Origin: Eledone cirrhosa
Taxonomy: Eukaryota
Assembly (NCBI GenBank): GCA_964016885.1
Contig: OZ024740.1
Coordinates: forward strand, 384,772,001 to 384,836,000
Direction of reading: 5' to 3'
DNA length: 64,000 nucleotides
Shown: positions 13,401 through 27,720 of the stretch, in pieces
Layout of the letters: each line of letters begins with the position of its first letter
Position numbering within the stretch: position 1 is the first letter of the stretch
Notes under the pieces: model-generated
What the model was told of the DNA's origin: nothing
Seen by the model: the letters and a program-made list of their open reading frames with translations, nothing else
Database searches by the model: none
Translations under genes and position numbers: made by a program

Positions 13401-13800
13401 CCGTCAACCGGGCATTTCCGAGATTCGCGCAGGGCGACGAAACCGTCCTGCACGCACTCGTCCAGTGTCCGAGTATTGCTGACTTGTGGGTTATGTCGAA
13501 CACCTGCTGTCGCGTGTAGGACGGATCCAGCTATCAGCTGAGTCCATCGTGAGGATTGCCCCGCCGTCTTCCTTTAGCCGGGTAGGGCAGGCAGTATTTA
13601 TCTGTCTGATGGCCATGGCGAAAGAGATAGTATTGTGGACACGTTGGAAAAGGCTGAAGACGAGCTCTTACCTCTTCGGTGATGCCCTGATTAACTTTTT
13701 CTTATTTCATTTAAAAAGGAAAATCAGGGTGGAAAGGGAAGTGCTCTCTTCCCAGCATTTTGTTGAAAGATGGGTGAGAGAGGCAAGTATGGCCCGATAG
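10444..13800 (+). pseudogene. LINE ORF2 (AP endonuclease-reverse transcriptase), multiple frameshifts and stops
   Basis: MTSLRIGSINARGL, ISET, VYAP, GDWN, YLDR, TDHK, YWKLN, KSPGLDGLP, DQSKAFDRV, RQGCALS, YADD. Confidence 0.9.
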
Positions 13801-14079
13801 AATGGGCCTACTCTGAGTATGTGTCTGTAAATTAAAGGTAGAAAACTGGGAGAGGGCAGTTGCCCTAGTGGTCCGGGTCACTGTGGTTTTTTAAAGGGCT
13901 TTCTCCACGAATGTCCCTCGGAAGTCTCCCCCCTATTGGGGAATTTTTTCATTGTTCTATTATTACATCCTCTGTTTCTTGTTTTTTTACACGCAGAAAT
14001 GCCTATTTGTACCGTCCTGTGTTGTACTGTACTGTCCTTAATGTCTACTTTATGTAAACCCTTGTGGTTAATAAAGAAA

Positions 14080-14082
<3 letters not shown>

Positions 14083-14114
<32 letters not shown>

Positions 14115-15535
14115 ATTATTATTATTGTTCTTTGAGTCTGATATTCAGGACGTATCGGGGGGTTTTGCTGTTCCCAGAAAGCATGTCTTTGGAAATGTTC
14201 CAAAAAGCGGGGCTGGACTAACTTTCTTTAACCATCTTTGGAAACTCTTTGAGATAGTACCTAGTGCGCCTATGACAATCGGGACGACTCTGACTTCATG
14301 GCAGTTCCAAATCCTTTTTACCTCCCACATTAATTCCTGGTATCAGTTAATTTTCTACCTCTCCTTTTCTTGCACTCTCGTTTCAAATTGACAGGCTACA
14401 TCTACAATCAGGCACGATCTTTTTTCCTTGTCCAAAACCACCAGGTCAGGCCTATTGTGTTCAAGTTTCTTATCCGTCTGTATCCTAAAATCCCATAGCA
14501 ACTTCACCTGATTGTTTTCTATCACCGACTCTGGCTAATGGTCATACCACTTCTCAGAATGTGGTAAATTGTTTACTTTGCATAGATGCCAGTGGATCAC
14601 CCTGCCCATCACATCATGTCTCCAGCCTTTATAGTGAGTCTGGGTTAGGTGTTTATCTCGGATACAATGTGAGCCACAGTCTCCTCTCTCTCTCCACAGA
14701 TCCTACACATTGTAAATATGGTGTTTCACCCACTTAGTTTTGAGTGCCTGCTCTTGTGCAGCCATTAGAATTCCTTCTGTAGCCTGTTTAACCAGTTCCA
14801 TATGAGTGGATCTCTAAATTCAGTTTTCTCAAAGAAGGTACTATGAAGGGACTTTTCATGAAGGTTGCTCTTCCTCCTTGTTGTTATTTCCTCCTTGGAC
14901 ATCCCCTGGTCTATGTTCTCTCCTTCAGTACAATTCTGAGCATTGGCTCCCTACTGTCGCTCACATATTTGTGCAGGTTGTTTTTCTCCAACTGAACCCA
15001 GTCCTCTATGCTGATAAGACATCTTCCACCTTCAGATCGCTTTAAGTAGAGTCTATCGACATCACTCCTCTTGTGGAACATGTTGTAGATAGTCAATAGC
15101 TTCCTAGTCTTCCTATCCATTTCTTTTTGTTCAGCAACATTCGATTTCAGAATTTCCGTACTGTACCTAATAATAGACACAGCTCGGGAATTCACTTCAC
15201 TTATGACATTCCTACTATTTAGATGTGATTTTAATACTCTCCTTACTCTCCTAATGTACTCAGATCTTATCAATTCCTTCATTTTTTTTTGTTCTTGATG
15301 TCATCTGCCTCCAGAACACCTAAATATTTGTATCCTTCTTCAGTGTCAATTTCCTTTATCATCTCACCTGTTGGTACCTGGATTCCGTTGCTTCTGCTCA
15401 ATTTACCCCTCTTCATCACTAGGACTCCACACTTATTAATACCAAATTGCATACATATATCACTGCTGAAAATACGGACAGTGTCAACAAGTACATCCAA
15501 CTCCTTGTCACTCTTCCCAAAGAGTTTAAGATCAA
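14083..15535 (-). mobile_element. Second, 5'-truncated copy of the R4/Dong-like LINE
   Basis: Highly similar to 4135-5550 (DLKLFGKS...[21 protein letters not shown]); (TAA)n 3' tail. Confidence 0.88.
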
Positions 15536-15542
15536 AAATCAT

Positions 15543-16015
15543 TCTTCTTCTTCTTCTTCTTCTTCTTCTTCTTCTTCTTCTTCTTCTTCTTCTTCTTCTT
15601 CTTCTTCTTCTTGGGAGAGTCGTGGGGGCGGAGTCCTCAAACACTCTTTCCAGTGGCTCCTGTCAGAAGCAACCGTCTCCAACTGATCTAGCTGGATCTC
15701 CAAGCGAGACTAGCCAAGTTCATAGATCTTATCAAAACATCTTTATCGGGGTCTACCCTTGGGTCTCCTGGCGGTTGGTTTTGCCCATAAAATCTGTCCA
15801 GCGATTCTTTACTAAGACATTCTAAACCCATGCCCATAGTATTGGAATTGTGATCTCTCGATTCAGAGAAGTAGCTTCTCCACCTGGTTTGGCTCTCTGA
15901 TCTCCGATCTACGCACTCTATAGTGAGACAATACTCCAAGGACCCTTTGAGGAACCTCATTTCGGTCGTTTGTAGTTGCGATCGTTTTATTTCGGTCATT
16001 ACCGAAGATTCAACC
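15543..16015 (-). mobile_element. RTE-clade LINE 3' fragment with (GAA)n tail
   Basis: KRSQLQTTEMRFL and a degenerate C-terminus; (TTC)n at 15543-15612 on + strand. Confidence 0.65.
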
Positions 16016-17639
16016 ATTGGTATGTTTTGACACGAATACAGAATTGAAGATAACGAGTTTGACTTTTATCGTCCCAAAATTCCGTTATGAAATAGTTGAT
16101 ACTGAAAATATTTAAGCAGATATTTAGTCATTTCTCTTATTTTATGCATATTTTTTAACGGTATAGAAGATTAAGTATTGAAAATGTTCACCTTACCTTT
16201 ACTACAAAATGGTCACTAATACATTTATGCTAATATATGTTAGATGCAGCTGTTAGTCACTTCTCATGAACCTCACGGATATATTAGCCTGTTATCATGT
16301 TTTCTTCATATTTACACTAACATTTCACCTTCGCACACATTCTCTCTATATTTCTTTCGTAATCCCTTATATTTCCTATTTTACTAAGTTGTTCAACCCC
16401 AGAGAGATCGTGAATGAGTAAAATAAATATCAAAAACATTCAGGCATGAATATCCAATCTTTTTAGAGGTATCTAGAATTACATAATCAAATATGCCCTT
16501 CTCTTTCTTCAAATGGTTGTGTGTGCTTTGAGAGTTTCTAGTCTTAGCAGTTCGTGTAGCTATATAGAGGTTCCGTGGCTGGCTTGTTTTCTACAATGTT
16601 ATTTCCATTATTCTATCAACATGCTTTTCTTTCTTTCTCCTGTTTATTGTTTTTCATATAAATCTGCTTAAGCTTGCGTAAGTAACGTACTTAAATACTT
16701 ACCAAATAATGAATTCTAATTGAACACATGAACAGCAAATTGTAGTGGGAGAGAAACTGATTATATTAACTCCAATAATTATTCAATGTTACTATATTTT
16801 ATTGATCTCCAAAGAATGAATTGAACTCTGAACGTAAAGAGACAGAACAATTACTTCTAAGCATTTGTCCGACGCTCTACCTATTAAGTCACTCCACCAC
16901 TCTACGCTTACCTTATAATATTTCCTAACACTGGCACAAAACCAGAAATTTGGTACAAGCAGTATGCACCACCTTCCACTTGTCACATAACAGAATAAAA
17001 AAGTATTTCGTTTGACGGAAGAGCTGGAATGGCAGAGATTTACGTGAGAGAGGATTACTTTATTCAAGAACTAGTAAGGGTTTTCTAGTGATGGGTTGCT
17101 ACGTCCACTAGCTTCCCTTTGCTTATCTTTATTTCGAGACCTACTTTTCGGTCACTAATTATCAATTTGTCTTATTATGAAGCATTTCGTTCATGGCCCG
17201 AGGTGCTGTCTAGCATCACGTATAGATTTCACACGTTATATATATATATATTGAACATATTTATTTGCATTTCTGACAATATGTATACAGTAAGCTACAT
17301 ATAATTCAATTTTATGAAATTTAATTCTATTTATCTAATGTAGGTCAACAATGTTCTCAATAAAGTCAATAGTTATTGCCGACATATATTGAATAAATAT
17401 AACTATTATGAGTAGGTGTGGTCGTCTAGCAAGTAATTAACATCACTACCTTCCTCTGTTTAGCCGATCACGTTCTCACTCTCAACTTTTTCGTCTTTCT
17501 GGTGAGTTATACAAGCTGGTCAGTTAGCGTTGCAATTGGCACTCATGATTAGCCCAATTTATGCAAACAAGTTTCTAGACCACATCGGGCACATATTTCC
17601 TTGCACTCAGAGCTGTATTGTCACTATATTAATAATTGG

Positions 17640-18230
17640 ATAGTCGCTACCTGACTCACTAGATAATAAATTGATAGTTTCCTCCCTTGCAGTAACTCGT
17701 TTCTATCAGAATGTATTCGTACCATATTTGACACCTTTCAAGTTTTGCCCATCCCTGTCGATTGTCTCCACTTGTCCACCTCCGTCCACATCAATCCCAA
17801 AGACTCCCACTCGTATTTTCTCTGTCCCTTCTCTTAACCTAGACATACAAAATCCGGTACCCTGTTTCTGTATTCCTCCAACTTCAATGGTGATGTTGAT
17901 TTCATTCGGTCTTCAACTACAAACCTGATGAAAATGCCCCATTTTTCTTCAACTAAAAGTTCCTTCAATCAGGTGGAGGTTAACACTTCGCTATATCCCT
18001 GCTATCAAGGTTACTCGTTTACCCTCAATACATATCCTTACATACCGGATCCCGCTTTCCTTCACTTTCAACTACCCCAACGTTTCAACGGGCCGGGTCA
18101 CTCCATTAACTACTTTTCAACTTCAAGCTTTTTCCGCAAACCACAATGTATCATTATCAAAGAAACAAAAAAGGTAAAGGAATCATTTTCGTATTCTGAA
18201 TATTTCTCCTTTATTACTCCATCACATATG
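17640..18230 (+). mobile_element. Highly degenerate Penelope-like RT/EN fragment
   Basis: Weak remnants of the region preceding GIY-YIG (YPCY, GPGHS); by eye only. Confidence 0.25.
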
Positions 18231-19895
18231 CTTGAGTGTCATAAGTACACATATTTTTTATAGCGAAATCGTGTGTGTAAGATGCGAGCTGATAACTCAA
18301 CTTCCAATTTATATGTATGTGTTATCATACGTGTGAAAGTTCTACTATTTATATGTGTATGTATGTGTGTACCTCTATCTGAACATCTTCCCAGTATATA
18401 TTTGTAGAAAATTGTCTGTGTAAAACCTATTGACAAACTGCTTTCTGTATCACTGTGATGGCCAGCTAAATATCCATGCCAGCCTTATACTGTCAATTAT
18501 TATTTATCTGCCTACCTCCCCCTATTCTCTCACAGTCCTTCCTACCTCCTCTCTCTATCTCTCTGCACATTTGCCTCCTACATATGCACTACAATTAAGT
18601 CATCAATAGTTCCTGTCATTTACTGTTCTGTCTGCGCTGTCACATGAGTAAAAAACATTTTTACGCCCTTAGAAGTGCCGCCAATATATGTGTACATGTG
18701 TATGTGCGTGTATGTGTATGTGTGTGTCTTTGTGTATGTGTGTGAGGGTGTTCTTAGTGTGGGATGCATCGTGTGTTAAAAGAAAGTTATAAAGAAAAGT
18801 TCTTATTGTCATATATGAAATGAAATGAATTGAAATGAAAAAGCTTCGATGTGTCATTGAAATTGAATGTCACAGCTTCTGTACATAGGACTTTGACCAA
18901 TAGGCGTTCACTGCACCCTAGCAACCTAACTGTGAGTAACACATTATATATTTGAGCTTATAATAAGCCAAGTTAATTTCTTTCGTTTTTATAATTATTT
19001 CATCTTAATGTTTACATATTTATTTTTGCCTCTTAACTCTCTCTCCTCTCTTAGTATCCAATTTATTCTCTTTCGCCAGCCATATTCTCTTTCGCCAGCC
19101 ATTCTCCAATTATCTTTTTCGTTTCTTTTCTTTATTTTGTCTGACGTCATCAACGCTTTACCATTTTCTCCTACTCCCTTTATTTTTCCTTTCATTTTAC
19201 AATTTATAATCAATTACTCTTTCTGATTTTATTTTTACATTCACATTTTTAATTTGTTTTCTCTCCTCTTCGTATTCGTTATCTTATTTAGTTAGTTGTA
19301 GTTTATCTTGTTGTTGTTGTTTTATTTTTGTTTCAATTTCAACATATCTTGTTCTTAATTTCATTTAGTTTGTGTATTTCTAATTTTTTTTCTTTCTCTT
19401 TTTGTATATTTCATTTCATTATTGTTAATTAATTTGTCTTCACAACGAGATACCTTTAGGGTTTCCCGAAGAAAAATGTCAAACAGCTTCAGGGCTAATA
19501 GAATATGTAAATCTCAAGTGTCCACTTCGATAGAGATACGCGTGGCCTAGATTCAAATAATTATACACCCACATACACGCATTCACGTACACACACGCAA
19601 GCACGCACGTACAGACACACACACACAAACACACGCACACAAATAAACATGCAAACACACAAAACCACGTATGGATATATATATATATATATTCATAGAT
19701 CCGTCCATACAGAAAAGAGCACATACATACACTCACAAATGCGCAAAAATAACCTTCTACGCACACTACAAACATAGCAACAAGTCTGCGCTTGTCTATT
19801 ACATAGCAATCGTTCAAACGTATTTGTCTATTTATTTATTTATCTATCTATCTATATATCTCTCTCCCTCTCCCCTGTCCCCTTCTCTCTCTGTA

Positions 19896-19948
<53 letters not shown>

Positions 19949-20032
19949 TTATATATATATATATATACATATATATGAATATTCATATAACATAAATACA
20001 TTCATCTAAATACACACACATATATATATAGT

Positions 20033-20152
20033 GAAGGCGTGTGGCTGAGTGGTTAGAGAATTGTATTCGCAATCGTAAGGTTGTGAGTTCGATTCCTGGA
20101 CCAGGCGATGCGTTATGTCCTTGAGCAAGACACTTTATTTCACGTTGCTCCT
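20033..20152 (+). mobile_element. tRNA-derived SINE 5' part
   Basis: A box TGGCTGAGTGG, B box GAGTTCGATTCC, followed by gtccttgagcaagacact body. Confidence 0.75.
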
Positions 20153-20357
20153 TCTACCTGGAGTTGCGACCGATAAATAGTATTAGCAATTGGAAAGACC
20201 AACGGAAACATTGTTCCCTCGGTCCGATTTGACAACAAAGTCGATCGTTCCTATATATGTGTGTGTGTGTGTTTTATATACATATATATATACACATTTC
20301 TGAGTATTATATGTATATATGTGAATTTTATGTATATTATATATGAATATATATATA

Positions 20358-20402
<45 letters not shown>

Positions 20403-20514
20403 GATGATGATTTCTCCCGAATGAAACAGTTCTAGTCCTGTTGAAGCCATTTCTATATTACATATGTATACTATGCTATGCATTGACTACCCAACTATAT
20501 ATATATATATATAT

Positions 20515-21072
20515 ATTTGGGAGCAAAGATTGGGAATACGGAAGATGATGTGGTTGAGAGGATGACCAGCGTGCCACAGCTTGAGATCGGTGTCGAAGTC
20601 GGGCCTTCGTAAAGACCTGAAAATTCGCCTCTTCATTGCTGTGCTGGAGTATGTGCTGCTGTACGGGTCTGAGACTTGGACACTGACCAAGAAACTTACT
20701 CAGATGGTGGATAGGTGCTACACGAGAATGCTGAGGATGGCTCTGAACATTAATCAGTATACACTGAGGATGAAAAGCTCAGAGCTGTATGGGAGCCTCA
20801 CAAATGTCAGCTCAAAATAGAGACAGAGACGAGACTGAGGTTAGCTGGACATACTCACCGACATCCAGAGTTGACATTGCACTCAGTGCTCCTGTGGGAG
20901 CCCCTATATGGACACACTCGAAGAGGAAGACCAAGGTTAACGTATGTTGATGCCCTAAGGACAGATAATGGTCTGTTGGAGAGGCAGGACATGGCAGCGA
21001 TAATGAGGGACAGAGACCGCTGGAGAGAACTCGTCCATGGATCTCGGGAATTTTACCCGCCCTAGAATAGAA
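20515..21072 (+). mobile_element. RTE-clade LINE 3' fragment
   Basis: KIRLFIAVLEYVLLYGSETWTLTK and RRGRPRLTYVD; short (TAGAA) tail. Confidence 0.8.
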
Positions 21073-21183
21073 TATATATATATATATATATATATATGGA
21101 AAGTTATATTTAAATTGTTGGGTTACAACGAGTAAATATTTATAACTGATATAAAAGCACTCAACAAGTATTTGGAGTATATT

Positions 21184-21614
21184 TACGATATTAAATAAAT
21201 GGAAATTATATTTATAAAACCATATTTATTTCATTATATATATTTCAGGGATATCATATTAAAAATATGTTATGCCTTCTTCAGACAAAATACAATATAG
21301 ACAGTCTTATAAATAAATAGATTCGACATACCGTTCAACATCGACTTGCATTTGAAAAGTTGATTTGATACCAAATCAACTTTTCAAATGCAAGTCGATG
21401 TTGAACGGTATGTCGAATCTATTTATTTGATACCAAATCAACTTTTCAAATGCAAGTCGATGTTGAACGGTATGTCGAATCTATTTATTTATAAGACTGT
21501 CTATATTGTATTTTGTCTGAAGAAGGCATAACATATTTTTAATATGATATCCCTGAAATATATATAATGAAATAAATATGGTTTTATAAATATAATTTCC
21601 ATTTATTTAATATC

Positions 21615-21617
<3 letters not shown>
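21184..21617. mobile_element. Fold-back element with a hammerhead in each arm (+21509-21574, -21227-21292) and a tandem duplication next to the centre
   Basis: Arms are reverse complements; TATTTTGT-CTGAAGA-...-GAAA-TATATA-TA-ATGAAATA. Confidence 0.72.
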
Positions 21618-21663
<46 letters not shown>

Positions 21664-21665
<2 letters not shown>

Positions 21666-21993
21666 TGATATTAATAAATGGAAACTATATTTATAAAACC
21701 ATATTTATTCTATTATATCTATTTCAAGGGTACCAACACGTACGCTCTCATCAGATAAAATAAAAGCTTGTTTTATAAATATTGACATATCCAGGAATGA
21801 GACCTAACGGTTCAAGTTTTACCTGACTATCCAAGTAAAACTTGAACCGTTAAGGTCTCATTCCTGGATATGTCAATATTTATAAAAGTAGCTTTGTATT
21901 TTATCTGATGAGAGCGTACGTGTTGGTACCCTGAAATAGTTATAATAAAATAAATATGGTTTTATAAATATCGTTTCCATTTATTAATATCAT
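21664..21993. mobile_element. Imperfect fold-back of the same family with hammerheads (+21897-21952, -21706-21762)
   Basis: TATTTTAT-CTGATGAG-AGcGTAC gtgttg GTACcCT-GAAA-TAGTTA-TA-ATAAAATA. Confidence 0.75.
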
Positions 21994-22085
21994 TGATATT
22001 ATACTCCAGAAAACTTGTCGAGTGCTTCGAATTTGTTATAAATATATATATTTGTTGAATTACCAACAAATTAAATATCCCTTTG

Positions 22086-22158
<73 letters not shown>

Positions 22159-22357
22159 ATATATATACATACATAAATACATACATATATATATATAAGC
22201 AGAAGGGATATTCAATGTGTTGGTAATTCAACAAATATAAATGTTTATAATACTTATAATACAACAAATATAAATGTCTATTATACTTTCCAGGGATAAC
22301 TTGAACCGTTAAGGTATATTATCCTTGGTTATGTCAAATATTTATAAAACATTTTGC

Positions 22358-22416
22358 ATTTTATCTGATGATAGCGTACCAACATTTCGGTACGCTTGAA
22401 ATATATATAATAGAAT
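22358..22416 (+). ncRNA. Type I hammerhead ribozyme in a third copy of the 21-22 kb family
   Basis: ATTTTAT-CTGATGA-t-AGCGTACC aacatttc GGTACGCT-t-GAAA-TATATA-TA-ATAGAAT; 8-bp perfect stem II. Confidence 0.8.
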
Positions 22417-22456
22417 AAATATTGTTTCATAAAAATAGTTTCCATTTATTTAATAT

Positions 22457-22550
<94 letters not shown>

Positions 22551-22608
22551 CAAGTTAATATAAATTAATATATTTGATAAACACAAATACCAACATATCC
22601 ATGTTTGT

Positions 22609-22705
<97 letters not shown>

Positions 22706-23607
22706 CATACATACAAAAATACATACATACATATATATATATGGATGTATTTAGGTATGTATGTATATAATAAAGGGAAATTTATTTTTCACAAACATGA
22801 TTTACAGTGATTGACTATTATTGTGCTCATTTCTTTTGGGTCTCCCACGCATCAAAATATTCCAATACATTTTATGTCAACCGTATTATTTACATTTCTA
22901 GCTACAGGTTTAACATCTTTTTAAATGACAGAATAGCTAGTCAAAGGCACTTCAGAATAATTGTGAAATATCCGAGATATTTCGTGCATCTATTCATTTT
23001 TCTCAGTCTCCCAGTGTATTTTATCCTATTTTCTCAATTATTTATAATGACTGTCTATTACAATGCTCATTTGATTTGGGTCACACAGATTTCATATTTT
23101 CCAATTGGTTATTAAGTCAATCGCTTTGTTTATCAAAACCTAGGTTTCCAAATAGTGATATTCTGAATTGCATATGCACTTTTACACCCGTGAGCCTTCT
23201 CAAGCAAATGTAAATGCATAAATTTAAATGAAAATGGACAACACTCAAAAGCACATGTGAGCCTATTGACAGGCATGCTTACACAAACGTACTCAACAAT
23301 ACAAGTAAATGTATATACATACATCGCACAAACTCAGACACAAAGCTGTACATACACAGACAAAGAAGCATGCATGCTGCAAATGACATGTCCTTTCATG
23401 TATAATGTAACACACAGACTAATTTATGTCCACTAAGTTAATTGCACTCTCACACACACATAAAGGTGCATATTTATATATACCCACACAGATACATACA
23501 TATATCCATTCTAGCGCACAGACACAGGCACAACACACACACACACACATATGTATATCTATATCTATATATATATATATATAGAAATAATAATAAATTA
23601 TATATAT

Positions 23608-24222
23608 ATATATATAATAAAGAATTAGAAATAGAAGCCAAGACTATCCATCATCAGTGGTCTACTAGCCATCATAGATATTTCTTCGCATTACAGACCA
23701 TATACCTCCAGCTAGGGCAATACAATAACTAAAATAAGTTATTGGGATAAAAAGAGTTGGGTGGAGAAAGAGAGACAGGTAAACAAACACGAATGGTGAG
23801 GCAACGAACGTTAAGAGAGGAAAAAATGGGAAAAACAAGTCAATGATTCATTTTGAACATAAGAACGTGCGAATATTGACGAGAAGGCAAAAGACACATC
23901 TTGGCCGTGCGAATGTGAGGGAAGAAAGAATTTCGTACGGTGTGGGACGATGGAGGAAATGAGACAGAGGGTGAGTAGCAGAGAGTGAGTGAGTAAAATT
24001 TTGAGGAAGAGGCTAGCCGAGAGCGGGTGACTAGCAGATGGGGTGAGTGAAAGTAAGAGGGAGAAGGAGAGAGAAAGAGGATAGCAGTAAAGGAAGAGAT
24101 AAATGCAGGTCACAACGAAGGGGAAAGCATATATGAATGAAAAATGGCGTGCTGTGTTATTGCATATATGATATATATAATAAAGAACTAGAAATAGAAG
24201 CCAGGACTATCCATCATCAGTT
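23608..24222 (-). repeat. Element with ~50-bp direct terminal repeats ending in catcatcagt, related to 2351-2912
   Basis: taaagaa.tagaaatagaagcca.gactatccatcatcagt at ~23617 and ~24181. Confidence 0.5.
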
Positions 24223-24581
24223 TATATCGGAATTATCCCAGTTTACTGAGTTGCTTTCTCCTAGAAAAATACCCTGACAAAGGCTCGGGGTCCTTCACTC
24301 CCAGTGGTTTAACTGTGCGATCGGGTGTCCAGTCCGAGTATTTCTATGTCCCCGCGCACGCACCCATAAGTATATACATATTTACACACTTTTGGATGGC
24401 CGTTGACTCTTATGAGTTCTTCCGCCTTTTGTCAGGTTTTGTTTTATGTCCTGCCGGGTGTCCAAAATCACCCTCCTAATCAAGTAAACTTGGTGGTGCT
24501 GCCGGTTTAGGCACCGACGACCCGACCATGCGATAGGTTGTACTGGGTTACATGTTACCAGTAGCACTCAAGAGTGACCCG
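24222..24581 (-). mobile_element. Dispersed non-autonomous repeat (probably RTE-related), copy 1
   Basis: Homologous to 30556-31135 and 34098-34722 (gagttgc.ttctcctagaa...gttaccagtagcactcaagagtgacccg). Confidence 0.6.
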
Positions 24582-24747
24582 ACATACATACATACATGCA
24601 TACATACATACATACACACATGCATACATATATACATACATACACACATAGATGCATACATGCATACATACATACATTCATACATACATACATACATATA
24701 TAATACATATATACACAGATACATACATACATACAAAGATGAGGATT

Positions 24748-26830
24748 ATAGCGTCTTCACAGACAATTGCCGTCTCTTATTGATTCATCGTCTTCATCCC
24801 ATCTGAGTCCATGACTTCGTAGATGACTTTGTAGACCAGCTGTAGATTTGCATGGTTTACGACACAGGTGACAGAAGAGAGTCGTGCATTCCACAGGTTC
24901 GGTGGGATCACTCTGTGGAACACAATCTTTGTGTACCACCATGCTTTTTTTAGTCCGGAACTAGTTCTACACACTTTGTTGCATAACACGCAAATTGTTC
25001 CGCCAGGTCTTTGTTGAATGGTGTTGCTGGTGTTTATCCTTTCCTGTGAATTCAGATGATTTATATGACCAGCCTTTGAGAGGAGTACACGCTAAAATCT
25101 AATGCCCAGCTACTGATGACTCCATCAAGACGGTGAGCACAGCCCTTTCGGAACTGACGCTTCAGTTGTTTATATTCTAGACGACATTCCTCAAAAGTTT
25201 TGCAACTGCCCGTTATGTGCTTTCTCCATGCAGCACTATGTAATTATATCTCCTCCCAGTTGTCTATATCAAATGCCAGCTCTTTGAGGTTCTTCTTTAT
25301 GCTGGCCCTGAACCTCATTTTAGGTTTGTGTTGAGGTTTTCCCAAGATGGAGCTCGCCGTAGAACAGTTGCTTCAGGATCCTGCTTTCTTTCATGCGGAT
25401 GATATGTCCTGTCCAGCACATTTGAGATGATGTTACTTGGGACCAAATGATTGGACATTCTGCTTTGATGATGTGAGTGAAAGTAAGAGGGAGAAGGGTG
25501 TCAGGAGTTATGTCTTGCCACATGATGTTGAATATGCGCCTTAAACAGTCCTGCTGAAAACGCTCAAGCAATTTGTTGCGTTTGCAAATAGCGCCCAAGT
25601 TTCGGAGGAGTATAAAAGAGCAGACAGAACACATGATCTATACACACACACGGTTGCACGCACATTTGCTCGCTTCGGTTTGATGGCATCAATGCGTTTC
25701 GGTGCTTTCACTTCATTCATACGAATTCTTGTGCGAATACTCATCTTGAACTTTCCTCGCACTAATTTGTGGTCAGTGCTACATTCTACACACATCACTT
25801 AGATCTCGTTTACGAGTGATGATGAAATCAATCATGTGTCCATGCTTGGATCTTGGATGATACCAGGTAGCTTTATATTTGAGCTTCTGACGGGAAAAGG
25901 TGTTGCAGATGGTTAAGTTGAGTTCTGAACAGTTCAAGCAAACTCAGGCCGCTGGTGTTCATTTTACCAATACCAAAGGGACGGAGGACGCCTCACCTCT
26001 CGTAATCATAACCCACACGAGCATTACAATCACCGAGAAGTAACAATTTGTCGTCAGCAGGTGTGCATACACTGATAGCACGAAGCGACTCATAGAAAAA
26101 AGCAAGGACCACCTCACTGGCCTGTAGGGTTAGTGCATAAACAGATAAAAGCGTTATATAAAGTTATGTCTCAGAGTAATGCGAAGTTTCATAATGCGAT
26201 CAATTACACCAGTAGGACATTCCATACGATCAAGCAGGGATGTTCTAATGGCGAAGCCAACACCGCTCTTTCTCCGTTCAGCTATGGGTTTACCTATCCA
26301 AAAAAGAGAGAATCCTGATGATACTTCTGTTAATTGATCTCCCGCCAAACGTGTTTCAGATAAAGCTGCTATGTCTATGTTCTGAGTTCTTTTGTCACAA
26401 TTGCAGTTCTCCGTTCCGGATGTCCACACGTGTGTCTGTCCAGGAGTGTCCTAACGTTCCAACAACAAATGTTGAGTTTGACTCGATCTTTCGCGTATTT
26501 TGGGATTTTACTTTATTCTAATTCTTACTCGAGTGAAGCAAAGTAAATTCAGGCTGCCTGTGTGTAGACTTGTAACTTTAAGCTTCCAACTGCTCAGGTT
26601 TGCACATGTTACTATTCGTCTATCACCGCAGTATTTCAGAAATATTATAGACGAAGAAAGATGTAAGAGACATCTATACACAGTATATTATAGTGGTAAA
26701 CGTTTGTACAACACAAGCACCACTCTCTGAGTATCCGCAACTAGAGTCCAGTGACATGCCAAAGCAAGATGACTGGGAGTTGCTTGAACAGCAGGTTTTA
26801 AGGAGGTTCCTTCTCACTTAATGACACCCA
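24748..26830 (-). mobile_element. RTE (BovB/AviRTE-like) LINE, degenerate, RT core internally deleted
   Basis: APE motifs NIDIAALSETRL and SGVGFAIR; jumps near 25660 to VYRSCVLSALLYSSETW; LKQLFYGEL; C2H2 finger CHLCRKPCKSTAGLQSHLRSH. Confidence 0.82.
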
Positions 26831-26948
26831 TACATACGACACAACACACACACTCACTCTCACTAACACAAGCACACGCATACTCACAGAAACACATATA
26901 CATACAAACAAACACACACAAGCCACTCAATTAGACACACACACACAC

Positions 26949-27032
<84 letters not shown>

Positions 27033-27387
27033 CATTGACGAAGCTTTAGTATACGGCCAAGCTAGCGTATATGCATAATCGGTCTGTAGCTTTAACACTC
27101 GGATGAGGTAAGATACCAGAGTAATAACATTACGTTCAGAGAGCTTAGCATATCAGATATAGTAGTCGGCAGTCCAACCGCATTACCAGAGCAACGAAAA
27201 TACAGGACCCAGGAAAAGATTTTATATATATATATAACAAAGAAAGTGTGCCAAGAAACTAGGTGGACCATAACGCACCAGAGTACTTGATACTTAGGGT
27301 AGTAGGGTGGGTAATAGGAAAAGAGCCAGGACCCCGACGGCTGAGCTCCGGCCGTTACGACAGCTAGATCCTTACTCTTTTCTTATA

Positions 27388-27652
27388 TATATTTCGTTTC
27401 TGAATTTGTTTAGCAAGATTCTTTATCTGAAAACGTGTGTTGAAACCGATATTGTTATACTTTGTGAGGGTCATGTTGCCAATAAGAAACACACTCACCA
27501 GTTGCTTTCACTCAAATTTATTATAAATTAAATTTATAAATTTATGAATTTATGAATTTCCGGTTGGTTGGTTGGTTGGTTCCACAACCGGACGGTTGTT
27601 CATATATTGTCAAAGTGTGTTTCTTATTGGCAACATGACCCTCCCAAAGGAT

Positions 27653-27660
<8 letters not shown>
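27388..27660. mobile_element. Solo fragment of the Penelope pLTR family found at 44.7-56 kb, with a short inversion
   Basis: Matches ttgttatacttt.(g)gagggtcatgttgccaataagaaacac; inverted copy at 27615-27660. Confidence 0.8.

Positions 27661-27714
<54 letters not shown>

Positions 27715-27720
<6 letters not shown>

Larger units (their letters stand above)
8288..14081 (+). mobile_element. Near full-length L1/Tx1-clade LINE inserted in an (ATT)n tract
   Basis: 5'UTR, ORF1 with zinc knuckle, ORF2 with APE, RT and a C-terminal ETVLHALVQC motif; AATAAA near 14070; (ATT)n on both sides. Confidence 0.88.

Noticed and set aside
16792-17074. Possible host exon on the - strand (AG...GTAAG)
   Set aside because: No recognisable protein and no partner exons; unsupported
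20033-20105. tRNA gene
   Set aside because: A and B boxes are present but the cloverleaf is poor and it continues into a SINE body
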